The notes beneath the pieces are model-generated. The model had not been told where the DNA came from and searched no databases. It worked only from the letters and a program-made list of their open reading frames with translations. Both the position numbers and the translations under genes were made by a program. Positions 19,728 through 28,768 of a DNA stretch of 64,000 nucleotides are shown here, one piece after another; the first letter of the stretch is position 1, and every line of letters starts with the position of its first letter. The stretch is taken from positions 64,001 to 128,000 of the forward strand of contig JAPLVR010000003.1 in NCBI GenBank assembly GCA_026397015.1, written 5' to 3'. The stretch comes from Candidatus Iainarchaeum sp. (lineage in GTDB: Archaea; Iainarchaeota; Iainarchaeia; Iainarchaeales; JAAZKV01).

Positions 19728-20375
19728 GTGGTTGCGTTGATTGATCTTTTGGTTTACTTGGTTTCTATTACAGGAAGCTTTTCGATAGGGTACTCCGTTT
19801 TGAGAATCGGCTGGCCGAAAACACAGGACAATTCGGCAATGGAAAAAATATGTTATGGTTTCGCACTCGGATTGCCGATTGTCGCAATCTCTGCCGCGGT
19901 TTCATTTAACTTTGGAATCAAATATTTCTTTTTTATGTTCGGTTCGCTTTACGCCCTCTTTGTCGCAGTCGCCCTTACAAGAAGGCTTTCCTTCGGGGAA
20001 AAGGATTCGGCAAAATTGCAGAAGAAAAAAAGAATCGAAACAATCCCTGAAAAAATACTTTCGAGCGACCAAAAATTTGAGCATTCAAAATACGGGGCGG
20101 GGGGGAAGGAACAGGTTTTTAAAGAAGAAAAAACAAATATATTCGCGGACTTGAAGCAGCGTGTCAGGAACTTCCAGCACGCGAGGGAAGAGGAGAAAAA
20201 AAAGGCGTTGGCGCGGCTGAAAGAAGCGGCAATGGAAACACTGAAAAGAGATGAGGCGGCGAACAAAAAAATGAAAAACAGCGGAAGCAAAAAAGTTGGC
20301 ATGGGAGAGGACGACGAAACCATTGGAGAGGACATCAACGTGGCTGAATTGGAAAAAATCAACGACTTTGAATAA
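19728..20375 (+). CDS. Hypothetical membrane protein (3 TM plus charged tail)
   Basis: N-terminal TM helices and a Lys/Glu-rich C-terminus. Confidence 0.7.
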   Translation: MVALIDLLVYLVSITGSFSIGYSVLRIGWPKTQDNSAMEKICYGFALGLPIVAISAAVSFNFGIKYFFFMFGSLYALFVAVALTRRLSFGEKDSAKLQKKKRIETIPEKILSSDQKFEHSKYGAGGKEQVFKEEKTNIFADLKQRVRNFQHAREEEKKKALARLKEAAMETLKRDEAANKKMKNSGSKKVGMGEDDETIGEDINVAELEKINDFE

Positions 20376-20422
20376 ATTTTGCAAAAATTTTTATTGGTAT
20401 TTTTTGTTGGCAGGATTGATTT

Positions 20423-21316
20423 GTGATGGACAGGGTTCCGAGAAGGTTGCGCAGGTTTTACAGGCCTGTTGAAAAAAAATATGGGGATGGGGGGCACAGG
20501 CAGGGCTCCGGCCGGGATGAAAATGATTATTACGGAATCGATGCGGATTACAAAGATGTTTCATCATACACTTCGCCTGAAAGGCAGCAACTGGGGAGCA
20601 TTCCTACTATGAATTATGAAGATTTGGAAATAGACCCGAAAAATTACCGCGAACTCAAAAAATTTGAGCAGAAAAAAAAGGAAGAGGAACTGGCGCTTCT
20701 GGAAATAAACAGGTTCAAGGAAACTCACAACAGGCTTCCAAGCAAGGAGGAGGCGGAGCAGATAGCGGAAAACATTTATTCGCAGCTGAAGGAAAGTGAT
20801 GTGTCGGAACTCTATCCTGCAAGCGAAGAGGAAAACGGGGGAGAATCAAATGAGGCGGGCGGAAGAAAGGGCTGGCGCGAGAGAAGACTTAGAAAGGACA
20901 GACAGAAGAGAGATTCAAAAGAAGCTGAAGGAGAAGAAATGAAAATACCTATGGCGCTGCAAACACCGCAGTCGGCTGAGCCGATAAAAAATATAAAGGC
21001 TTTGCTTGAAGACGAATCGTTTGACTTAAAAGAAAAAGGCGGTCCAAAAAAAGGCGGCAAAAAAAGCGTGGAAGAATTCGATTTGGATGAAGATTTTGGG
21101 GAGGAAAGCGACGAACTTGATTTGGGAGAAGCCGAAGAGGCGGTATCGATAGAAAAGCTTGACAAGAAAGGAAGTTCCTGCCCGAACTGCAAAGCAAAAA
21201 CGGAAAAAATAATTTATTGCCCGAAATGCGGAAAGGCTTACTGTTCAAAATGCGCGGCTTCATGCGCGGAAGGAAAATATTCCTGTCCGGACTGCGGAAC
21301 AAAAACAAAAATCTGA
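20423..21316 (+). CDS. Acidic low-complexity protein with C-terminal double zinc ribbon
   Basis: C-terminal CPNC..CPKC..CSKC..CPDC. Confidence 0.75.
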   Translation: MMDRVPRRLRRFYRPVEKKYGDGGHRQGSGRDENDYYGIDADYKDVSSYTSPERQQLGSIPTMNYEDLEIDPKNYRELKKFEQKKKEEELALLEINRFKETHNRLPSKEEAEQIAENIYSQLKESDVSELYPASEEENGGESNEAGGRKGWRERRLRKDRQKRDSKEAEGEEMKIPMALQTPQSAEPIKNIKALLEDESFDLKEKGGPKKGGKKSVEEFDLDEDFGEESDELDLGEAEEAVSIEKLDKKGSSCPNCKAKTEKIIYCPKCGKAYCSKCAASCAEGKYSCPDCGTKTKI

Positions 21317-21331
21317 TTCAAAAAAATCTAT

Positions 21332-22120
21332 TTACTCATAATCAGTTTTAGGAATCAGCGCACAATTGAAATCGGCTTTGTTGGCTGCTGAATCCAAGCC
21401 CCACAAATTGTTTACGTCCTTTGAAATCCACAAATCCAGCGACATTATGTAATTAGCGCCAACTCCGGTGACTGCGCTTAGGTCTTTGCTCGTTCCCTTG
21501 TCCAGAAAAACTTTGCTTGTTGCAGAATCAACCTTTCCAACGTATGGAAAAACCTTGTCTTTTAGTATGCCTGGCGAAGCTGGAATGCAATAATACATTC
21601 TTCTCTCGCTCCCGACAATATTTCCGGAACTATCTTTCTCGCATTCAGTTCCGGACTTCTTGCATTCATGAACCCCCATAAGCAGAAATAAAAATTTCTG
21701 CGAATCTTCCTGAAACAAATAAAATGCATAATCGACGGAGTGCTCGAAAGGTTTCATTACGGAATGAACAGTATTGGCAATCGCCTTTCTTGTGGCGCTG
21801 TTCAGCGACGGGTTCTGATTGCCGCTGCTCTCCGCGTAATCCTCCTTTATCATGGCCAACAAATAATCATATTGGGGGTTATCGCCGGTTAGCGAATAGA
21901 TGCTTGTACCGTCGCGCATCACATTTACATAAGCAATTACTTTCAGCGTGTCCATCGCAAAATCGCCGGAATAAAAAGAATTTATCTGCTCTTCGACTGT
22001 CGCACCGTAATTAATCAAAAAATAAAATAAGAGCGTGCAAATCATCGAAACTATTGCAAGAAAAAATAAGGAATCCGTAAGAGCAGCCTGCCCGCCCTCA
22101 TCCCTTCCAAAATAAGTCAT
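21332..22120 (-). CDS. Pilin-like protein (class III signal peptide)
   Basis: GG|QAALTDSLFFLAIVSMI; ATGA overlap with the upstream gene. Confidence 0.7.
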   Translation of the reverse strand: MTYFGRDEGGQAALTDSLFFLAIVSMICTLLFYFLINYGATVEEQINSFYSGDFAMDTLKVIAYVNVMRDGTSIYSLTGDNPQYDYLLAMIKEDYAESSGNQNPSLNSATRKAIANTVHSVMKPFEHSVDYAFYLFQEDSQKFLFLLMGVHECKKSGTECEKDSSGNIVGSERRMYYCIPASPGILKDKVFPYVGKVDSATSKVFLDKGTSKDLSAVTGVGANYIMSLDLWISKDVNNLWGLDSAANKADFNCALIPKTDYE

Positions 22121-22743
22121 TCCCAAACCACCATCGCCATTATCGCGGGCGCAATCACGCTGTGATTTCCAATGATTTTAGTCTGAACCGCAACAGGATA
22201 AAAACGGACTATGTAATTTTTTTGGGAACAGCTGAATTTCTTGGAGCCAAATTTTACATAATCACAAAAATATCTGCACTTCGGATCCGCGCCCGGCCCT
22301 ACGACGCTGCTTTCACAACCCGCATATTCCGAATCCACAAGAAGGTCTTCTTCGTTGAAAGATTCGTCTGTTCCGCTTTCACAATTTATTATGTTTGAAA
22401 GCTCGTCACCGGGGGAATTTCCTTTTATAAGATAAATGCCGACCATGAAATTGTACGGGCTTTGCTGAACCCTTATCCTGTCACACCTCGTTTTGAACTG
22501 GCTCAAACTCAGGAGGAGCGAATCGCCTTTCAACTGTCTTGAAATCGAAATAAGATTTATTTTCTCGTTAAGAATTTCGTTTTTTGTTTCATAGTTGTTG
22601 AGCGTCGCGGAAAAAACCGTGAAAAAAAGCAGAAGTGCGAAAACAATCGGAATCAGCGAAGGAAGGTCATCGCCTATCGCACCGATAAACCCCCTGCACG
22701 GGGAAAAAAATTTTTTAAAAAAACCTCTTTCCAATTTTTCCAT
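22117..22743 (-). CDS. Pilin-like protein (atypical class III signal)
   Basis: RG|FIGAIGDDLPSLIPIVFALLLFF, with a Cys-rich C-terminal domain. Confidence 0.65.
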   Translation of the reverse strand: MEKLERGFFKKFFSPCRGFIGAIGDDLPSLIPIVFALLLFFTVFSATLNNYETKNEILNEKINLISISRQLKGDSLLLSLSQFKTRCDRIRVQQSPYNFMVGIYLIKGNSPGDELSNIINCESGTDESFNEEDLLVDSEYAGCESSVVGPGADPKCRYFCDYVKFGSKKFSCSQKNYIVRFYPVAVQTKIIGNHSVIAPAIMAMVVWE

Positions 22744-22877
22744 CTACATCGCCCACATAACCAAAATTTTTTATAATTTTTTTCATTCGTTTTTGCCAGA
22801 CTTTTTTATTCCATCCATTCCCTATTTTTTTATCCAACCAACCGCCTATTTTTTGTTTGTTTCACCTTTCATCTTTT

Positions 22878-23612
22878 TTATCCCACCAGGCCCCTATCAA
22901 TGCATTTCTGAAAATTATTAGCTTTCTGCACAGCTTCGTCTTCAAGCAGGGAATTTACAAAACATCCCGAAATCGGGGTGTTGGGTGCAGGATTTTGTCC
23001 GCTAGAATTTATTTTATAGCAGCCGACTTTCAGCACAGCTAACTCGCAATCCATGTTTATCGAGCTGGTGCAAGGGATTATATAAATGGTTTTATTTTTG
23101 TTTGAAACTTCTTTTACTATTGCATACGCATCCATCGGTATTTCCGCACGCGAAAAAATTGTTATTGAATCAAGGCCGTAATCCGCCGCGCTGAGATTTC
23201 TTCTTTCGGTGGAAACATCAGGGCCCACAAGAATTATTTCCGCGTCAGTCACAACACTTTGGGAGGCAATAACGGTTTTACTCTTCCTTTTGTTGATTGA
23301 CAAAACAAGCTCGTTTTTTTTGGGAACATTTGCAGAGCCCTCAAAAATCTGCACCTTTGTAAAATTGATTTCATAAAGAATGCTTTCCTTCAAACCGTAC
23401 CTTAAATAATCGGGGATTCCTACTGATTTGGTCGAGCACATCCCTTCCTGTTCAATTTGTTGCTGGATTGTTAATGCGTTCTTCTGAAGAAGATTTGTGG
23501 CCGCAACTGTCATGTCCCTGTACTCGATGAAGTTCATGAATGCCAGCGCTATTACGAAAATGCCCGTGGCAAAAAGAAGCATATTCATTTTGCTTAAAAT
23601 AAAGCTGAGCAT
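22878..23612 (-). CDS. Pilus-associated protein with an N-terminal hydrophobic helix
   Basis: Starts MLSFILSKMNMLLFATGIFVIALAF and sits within the pilin operon; no clear cleavage site. Confidence 0.6.
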   Translation of the reverse strand: MLSFILSKMNMLLFATGIFVIALAFMNFIEYRDMTVAATNLLQKNALTIQQQIEQEGMCSTKSVGIPDYLRYGLKESILYEINFTKVQIFEGSANVPKKNELVLSINKRKSKTVIASQSVVTDAEIILVGPDVSTERRNLSAADYGLDSITIFSRAEIPMDAYAIVKEVSNKNKTIYIIPCTSSINMDCELAVLKVGCYKINSSGQNPAPNTPISGCFVNSLLEDEAVQKANNFQKCIDRGLVG

Positions 23613-23618
23613 TTTTTA

Positions 23619-24248
23619 TCACGGCCTGTAATAAATGCACACTCTCGGAGTTTCTTCCCCCACAGTTGAAACATTCTTGAAAATGTAAGTGCCTGATTTA
23701 AGCAGCGGCTGCCCCTCGTTCACAATAGTTGAGCCCGGACGAATGCTTGTAAGCTCGGGAGACACAAGTGTATATGGAATGCCGCCTTCGGTAACAACTG
23801 GGCAGGGATCTCCCAAGTTAGTTTCAAAACTTGTGAATTCCGGAATGTTGATGCATTTTCTTATCAGGCCGTCCGGAATGTCCGCCGTGTAAAAAACCAT
23901 TATGTGACAACGCTCGGATGGTGTTCCACAAACCGCGTTGCAATTGGCTGAACTGCTCGCGCTGGCCTTCTCGACCTGAATTCCGATTGTGGCTTTGTTT
24001 TCATTGAAACATTTGTCAAGGGTGAACGCAAATTTGCTGTTGCTTCTGTAATCGGCGGTGTTGTGAAGGTTTGAAATAAATTTTTCAATCTCCTTATCGT
24101 TATTATTTTTGCACACCTGCATTTGAATCTGCCCAAGAAGGGATGTTCCAATAATTACCACAAATCCCATTATTACAACCGCGACAAGGAGTTCAAAGGG
24201 CGCGCTCACCTGACCGCGCTGGCTTTTTTTCTTAGAGCAGTTTTTCAA
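23619..24248 (-). CDS. Pilin-like protein (class III signal peptide)
   Basis: KKKSQRG|QVSAPFELLVAVVIMG. Confidence 0.8.
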   Translation of the reverse strand: MKNCSKKKSQRGQVSAPFELLVAVVIMGFVVIIGTSLLGQIQMQVCKNNNDKEIEKFISNLHNTADYRSNSKFAFTLDKCFNENKATIGIQVEKASASSSANCNAVCGTPSERCHIMVFYTADIPDGLIRKCINIPEFTSFETNLGDPCPVVTEGGIPYTLVSPELTSIRPGSTIVNEGQPLLKSGTYIFKNVSTVGEETPRVCIYYRP

Positions 24249-24256
24249 TAAACCAC

Positions 24257-24442
24257 CTAACTTGAATTTGTGCCCGTATTTGTAGTCTTTGGAATATTTT
24301 TCTGCGCCTGCTGGAACATCGGCTTTGCAATTAAAATCAGGAGCAGCGCGACTATCGCGAAAACAAGTATCAAATAAACGGCGCCAAAATCCGAGGAAGC
24401 GCCTTCCTCGCGGAACAATTCCTTAATCCTCTTGAAGCCCAT
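24257..24442 (-). CDS. Very small (61 aa) pilin-like protein
   Basis: LFREEG|ASSDFGAVYLILVFAIVALLL; it has its own upstream AAACTTATATA box. Confidence 0.65.
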   Translation of the reverse strand: MGFKRIKELFREEGASSDFGAVYLILVFAIVALLLILIAKPMFQQAQKNIPKTTNTGTNSS

Positions 24443-24501
24443 GAAAAAACAATGGAGAAAGAAGTATATAAGTTTATACTTCTTTCAAAAAGCAATTTGA
24501 T

Positions 24502-25005
24502 TTAAGCGCGCTTTATCATTACTAAACAACACGGCTGATGTTCTGATTCTGTGCAAAGTTCAATAGGGTCCACACTCGTTGCAGTGCCCAAAACCTCTAA
24601 ACTTTCTTTCAAAGAAGCCCCCGTAGTTTCACAGTTTACAAGGGCTTTAAATTCCATTTCTGTTACACCAAGATACTTGAAATAAGACCAATCGGCACCA
24701 ACAATTTTAGCTTCAATTAACGCTTCTCCAACCGACTTATCAACATCAAAAACTATCGAGTGTTGATCGGTGGGTGCAAATTGTTTACTTGTAAGACTCA
24801 CATCTTTGTCTAACCAAAAATTTTGGCTGGTTTGCGAACCGCCAGTTTTAGCAGCTTCCAATGCATTTGATATTGATTTTTTTGCTTCCATTCCTAGTTT
24901 ATCTCCGCCAGTAATCATCGGCAGCAAAACAAAAAGAATAGCAACCGCTACAATCGCGGCTATTAACAATTCGAACACACTAAAAGCTTGCCCTTTGTTG
25001 TTCAT
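24502..25005 (-). CDS. Type IV pilin-like protein, paralog A
   Basis: MNNKG|QAFSVFELLIAAIVAVAIL. Confidence 0.85.
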   Translation of the reverse strand: MNNKGQAFSVFELLIAAIVAVAILFVLLPMITGGDKLGMEAKKSISNALEAAKTGGSQTSQNFWLDKDVSLTSKQFAPTDQHSIVFDVDKSVGEALIEAKIVGADWSYFKYLGVTEMEFKALVNCETTGASLKESLEVLGTATSVDPIELCTESEHQPCCLVMIKRA

Positions 25006-25015
25006 CCAAACACCT

Positions 25016-25546
25016 TTATGCCCTCTTCAATATCACAATGCAACATGGCTGGTAATCGCCTTCGGTGCAAAGATCGACCGGCGTGCCAGGCGCGTAGTAG
25101 TCAAGCCCTGAACTAACAAGTGGTTCGAGAGTTTCTTCAAGCGACAGTCCGGTTGACTCACAGTAAACAGTTGCTTTTGCTTTCATTTGAACAGCCTGCT
25201 TGTAAACGAATTGTGAAAATCCATTTGAAAAAGTGTCGGGTATGTCTATTATCGCATCATCTATAGAGGTAATTTTTGCAAAAATAACCGAATGAGGATC
25301 GAAGCCTTCCTTTTGGAATTGCTTGCTTGTCAATGTCTCATCTTTTTTCAACGCGAAATCCTGGCTGGTTTGCGAACCACCGTTCTTTACCGCGTTCAAA
25401 GTGTTCGCAATGTTGTCCCTCGCAGAACCCGTAGGGGTAATAAGATTGTTAATAATCGGCAATAAAACGAATAAAATGGCAACCGCAATTATTGCGGCAA
25501 TCATCAGCTCAAAAACACTAAATGCCTGTCCTCTCTGGTTCAACAA
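25016..25546 (-). CDS. Type IV pilin-like protein, paralog B
   Basis: MLNQRG|QAFSVFELMIAAIIAVAIL; GGTGG RBS; a separate promoter upstream. Confidence 0.85.
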   Translation of the reverse strand: MLNQRGQAFSVFELMIAAIIAVAILFVLLPIINNLITPTGSARDNIANTLNAVKNGGSQTSQDFALKKDETLTSKQFQKEGFDPHSVIFAKITSIDDAIIDIPDTFSNGFSQFVYKQAVQMKAKATVYCESTGLSLEETLEPLVSSGLDYYAPGTPVDLCTEGDYQPCCIVILKRA

Positions 25547-25576
25547 AAACCACCACCTGAACTAAGAAACGACTAA

Positions 25577-25594
25577 GTAATATTTAAACCTTGC
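25577..25594 (-). promoter_or_regulatory. BRE/TATA promoter for the pilin paralogs
   Basis: The minus strand reads GCAAGGTTTAAATATTAC about 35 nt upstream of the start. Confidence 0.55.
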
Positions 25595-25673
25595 TTTCAA
25601 CTCTTTGGATGGCAATAACGACACCTTGCCTTCAACTTTTTGGGCGGACAATAACGACTCATTCAAAAAATGT

Positions 25674-26231
25674 TTAACCGCAGTAGCCGTCAACGGTGTC
25701 GGTTTCTTTTTTCAATGCCTTTCCAAAGGAAATTCTGCAGCAGATTTCAACGCACCCCTGCGGCTGGCAGATATCGGAACCGTCAACGCTCACCATATCC
25801 TGACCGCAACCTGTCTGGCATGGAACGTCAGGATGATATGGTTTGCAAAGCGCATAAACTTCTGCTTCTACCGGTTGCTCAAATGTGATGGAAGACTTAT
25901 CATCGGAAATTTTTGCACCTGCCAAATTGGATTCGAAGTTGAAAGAAGCGGGGTCTTTTCCGGTGAGGGCTGAAAGGGCAGTTGACGTGTAACCCTTTCC
26001 GCTCGGAAAAAAAAGCGCCCGCGAAGATTCTATTACTTCTCCGCTCGGAGTATTGATTGCGGAGAGCACGAGCTCGTTAAATTCCTTGGTTGAAATGCTT
26101 GTTCTCATTTGCTGGAACTGATAAATTGCGGCAACAATTATTACGAGGACAACGAACATTATTATTGAGTCAACCATAAGTCTGAAAACGGCGCCGGCCT
26201 GCGCTTTTTCTTCAAAAAACAATTCCCTCAT
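25674..26231 (-). CDS. Pilin-like protein (class III signal peptide)
   Basis: EEKA|QAGAVFRLMVDSIIMFVVL; Cys-rich C-terminus; ATG at 26231 after a GGTG RBS. Confidence 0.75.
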   Translation of the reverse strand: MRELFFEEKAQAGAVFRLMVDSIIMFVVLVIIVAAIYQFQQMRTSISTKEFNELVLSAINTPSGEVIESSRALFFPSGKGYTSTALSALTGKDPASFNFESNLAGAKISDDKSSITFEQPVEAEVYALCKPYHPDVPCQTGCGQDMVSVDGSDICQPQGCVEICCRISFGKALKKETDTVDGYCG

Positions 26232-26266
26232 AAAAGCACCGACCATTGTTTCCAAATTTTCTCCAT

Positions 26267-28699
26267 TCAGCCCTGCGTGAGTATCATCGAAATCATCGTA
26301 TTCCCTGCGTAAACCGTTGCAACGAAAACGAGCACCGCGATTGGCAGCGCCTTTGCCAGATTTATCTTGAAAAGCAAATCGTTGTCCTCCTGTATTTTTG
26401 TGGTAAAGTAAATCATTATTATCACAATTTCGGCGACATAAATTCCTATTATCAGGAGGAATGCCAGCGGCGTTGCAAAGGTTTTGAAAACCGCGGGCTT
26501 AATGTCAAACATCGCCCCGATATTTGTGAGCGAGGTAACGTTGCTGCCCGCAACATTTGTAGTAGCATCCGTGGCGATGTTTGGCGCAACCGGATCCGAT
26601 ACCAAACCCGCAAGAGTATTAAGCACAACTTTTTGAAGCGCAACAGTTATTCCAAGAACGATTGGCGCAATAAAAATCGCCATGGTCTGCATGGTCGTTG
26701 TAACTTCCGAAACAAGGTCCTTCAAACCCTTATTTACCTTGTCAATGTTGTCCATCTGCAATGAGAGGCTCATCAGCGTACGCGAAGCGACTTCAACACC
26801 GAGTGAAACCGAATCAACAAGCAGGCGCATCGCAGTATTCAGTGTGTCGGAAGGAATGCCTTTCATCGCGCCGTAAACAGGGCTGAATACCGCGGTTTCA
26901 AGCGGCATCCCCATAAGTTCAATATTTTCAAGCGTTTTTGCAAAAATCCTTTCGCTCACTTTTAAATTAGGAAGAAAATTTTTTGCATGCTTCAGGGCAT
27001 TTTCAACCGGCTTATTTTCACCCATTCTCGAAGCGATGAGATACATGGATTCCTTGAATTCGTCCTCCATCTGCATTATTTCCAGCTGGGCCTTCCTTTT
27101 GTAAATATTTCTGTAATAGAGGAGGAAGGACGCGCCGCACGCAATTGTAATCATTGCGCCGAGCCAAAAAACGTATTTGGTAGGATCGTTTTTCGGATTG
27201 CTTGTTAATGTCAGGAAGCTTTTCGCGACCATCGCATCCGCCATATCATCTTCGAATCCGTTTTGTTTCAGCTGGGCAAAATATGCTCCCTTGGTAGAAT
27301 CCGAAATATCGAAAAAATAAAGGTCGATTACTTTTTTGCCGTAATAATCAGGCGACTTGTTCTCCGCCGCCAAAACCTCTTCAAGCGTTTTATCGGCGGG
27401 AATTATCTGAAAGTTCGTTCCCTCTTCGTTTGTTGATAAAAATAAAAATTTTGGCGGAAGCCCCTGCGTCGAAACAAAAAAAGAAATTCCCAACCCGATT
27501 ACAAGAATTAAAACAAAAACCAATCTTGTGTCGATTGAGCCGCCGCTTGTTCTCATGTGCCACTTCTTCGGCAGGCCCATATAGTCGTCATTTATTATGG
27601 GAGGCTCGTATGTCGGCGGCCTTCGCTGAACAACCCCTTTCGCAAAACTGAATGCAACAAAAGGAAGGACTCCGCAAAAAGCTATGAGCAAAATTTCCGG
27701 GCGCGAAAAGGGCTGTCCGGAAAAAGCCGAGCCGACTGGCAGAATTATTATGAGCAAAAGCGGAAGCAATACGCCCATATAGAAAAGCATTATTGAAGGC
27801 TGGTTGAGGCTTCGCGCGTAATCCTCCATTTTGCCTTTTACACTGTCCAAAACCTGCGACATTGTTTTGTCCAGCAGCTGGTATCTGCGCGATTCGCTCG
27901 GCTCCATTACGGAGGCGCGTATCCTCATCAGTGCCTCCTTCAACTCGGAAGAATATTTCCCCCAATTGTAAGCCAACGCATCAAGTCCTTCGCTAACGGA
28001 ACCATAAACCCCAATTTGAAAATCCCACAGCACTTTCTTGAAATCTTTTGCGACTTTTCCCCTTCCGTGTTTTGCGGAAAACTCAATTGATTTTTCCAGA
28101 TTTGGGACGAGCTTCATTGACATTATCATATAGCCGACAATCTGGGGAACGTATGTGAGCGCCTTGTTTTTTTCCGCGTCCGCAATCACAATCGGATAAT
28201 TATAAATGTAATAAATTATCAACCCCGTAAAGCCGAAAAGAACCCCTGCAAGCATCAAAAAAGTTGTGTTAGTATCGCCGCCGAACATTTCGAAAAGCGG
28301 TTGAGAGTATCCTATTATTTGGTAGGTATTGTACTCGGGACTTATTTGGAACCCGACGCCGAAAAGATACGCTAAAACCAGCACAACAATTATCGGAAAA
28401 AGCGCTGTTGTAAAAGTTCCTTTTATTCCCGCCGCAAATTCGCCGGCAGTGAGTCGCCATCCCAAAAAATTTATTGCCTCCTGGTGCTTTTCCGAAAACA
28501 ATGCCCCTTTTCCAAGGGAAGGATTTTTTTTGTACAACTGCTTGCAGTATTTCACAAAATCGTTGTCCTGCTCAACAACGGATTTGCCGCCCTCATCGTC
28601 GAAGGAAATGTCGCCGAGAGAAGTTATTTTGCTGTAAAGCTGGCCGGGGCTGGCCTCCGGCCCGTATTTATCCCTCAACTCTTTTTTTTTCGACGCCAT
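26267..28699 (-). CDS. Large fused double T2SS-F (TadB-TadC/PilC-like) platform protein
   Basis: Two F-like domains (VPQIVGYM...PNLEKSIEF; EFKESMYLIASRMGENKPVENAL), about nine TM helices, downstream of the ATPase. Confidence 0.85.
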   Translation of the reverse strand: MASKKKELRDKYGPEASPGQLYSKITSLGDISFDDEGGKSVVEQDNDFVKYCKQLYKKNPSLGKGALFSEKHQEAINFLGWRLTAGEFAAGIKGTFTTALFPIIVVLVLAYLFGVGFQISPEYNTYQIIGYSQPLFEMFGGDTNTTFLMLAGVLFGFTGLIIYYIYNYPIVIADAEKNKALTYVPQIVGYMIMSMKLVPNLEKSIEFSAKHGRGKVAKDFKKVLWDFQIGVYGSVSEGLDALAYNWGKYSSELKEALMRIRASVMEPSESRRYQLLDKTMSQVLDSVKGKMEDYARSLNQPSIMLFYMGVLLPLLLIIILPVGSAFSGQPFSRPEILLIAFCGVLPFVAFSFAKGVVQRRPPTYEPPIINDDYMGLPKKWHMRTSGGSIDTRLVFVLILVIGLGISFFVSTQGLPPKFLFLSTNEEGTNFQIIPADKTLEEVLAAENKSPDYYGKKVIDLYFFDISDSTKGAYFAQLKQNGFEDDMADAMVAKSFLTLTSNPKNDPTKYVFWLGAMITIACGASFLLYYRNIYKRKAQLEIMQMEDEFKESMYLIASRMGENKPVENALKHAKNFLPNLKVSERIFAKTLENIELMGMPLETAVFSPVYGAMKGIPSDTLNTAMRLLVDSVSLGVEVASRTLMSLSLQMDNIDKVNKGLKDLVSEVTTTMQTMAIFIAPIVLGITVALQKVVLNTLAGLVSDPVAPNIATDATTNVAGSNVTSLTNIGAMFDIKPAVFKTFATPLAFLLIIGIYVAEIVIIMIYFTTKIQEDNDLLFKINLAKALPIAVLVFVATVYAGNTMISMILTQG

Positions 28700-28768
28700 T
28701 CAAAAACCCGAAATAATTTTATTTTATTTTTTTTATTTTTTTTTTTGCAAAAATAATTTTTTGTTTAT

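Noticed and set aside
22750-22875. Pyrimidine-rich intergenic stretch with repeated CCTATTTTTT
   Set aside because: Low complexity, only two short copies, no spacers or ORF; it is not a CRISPR array.
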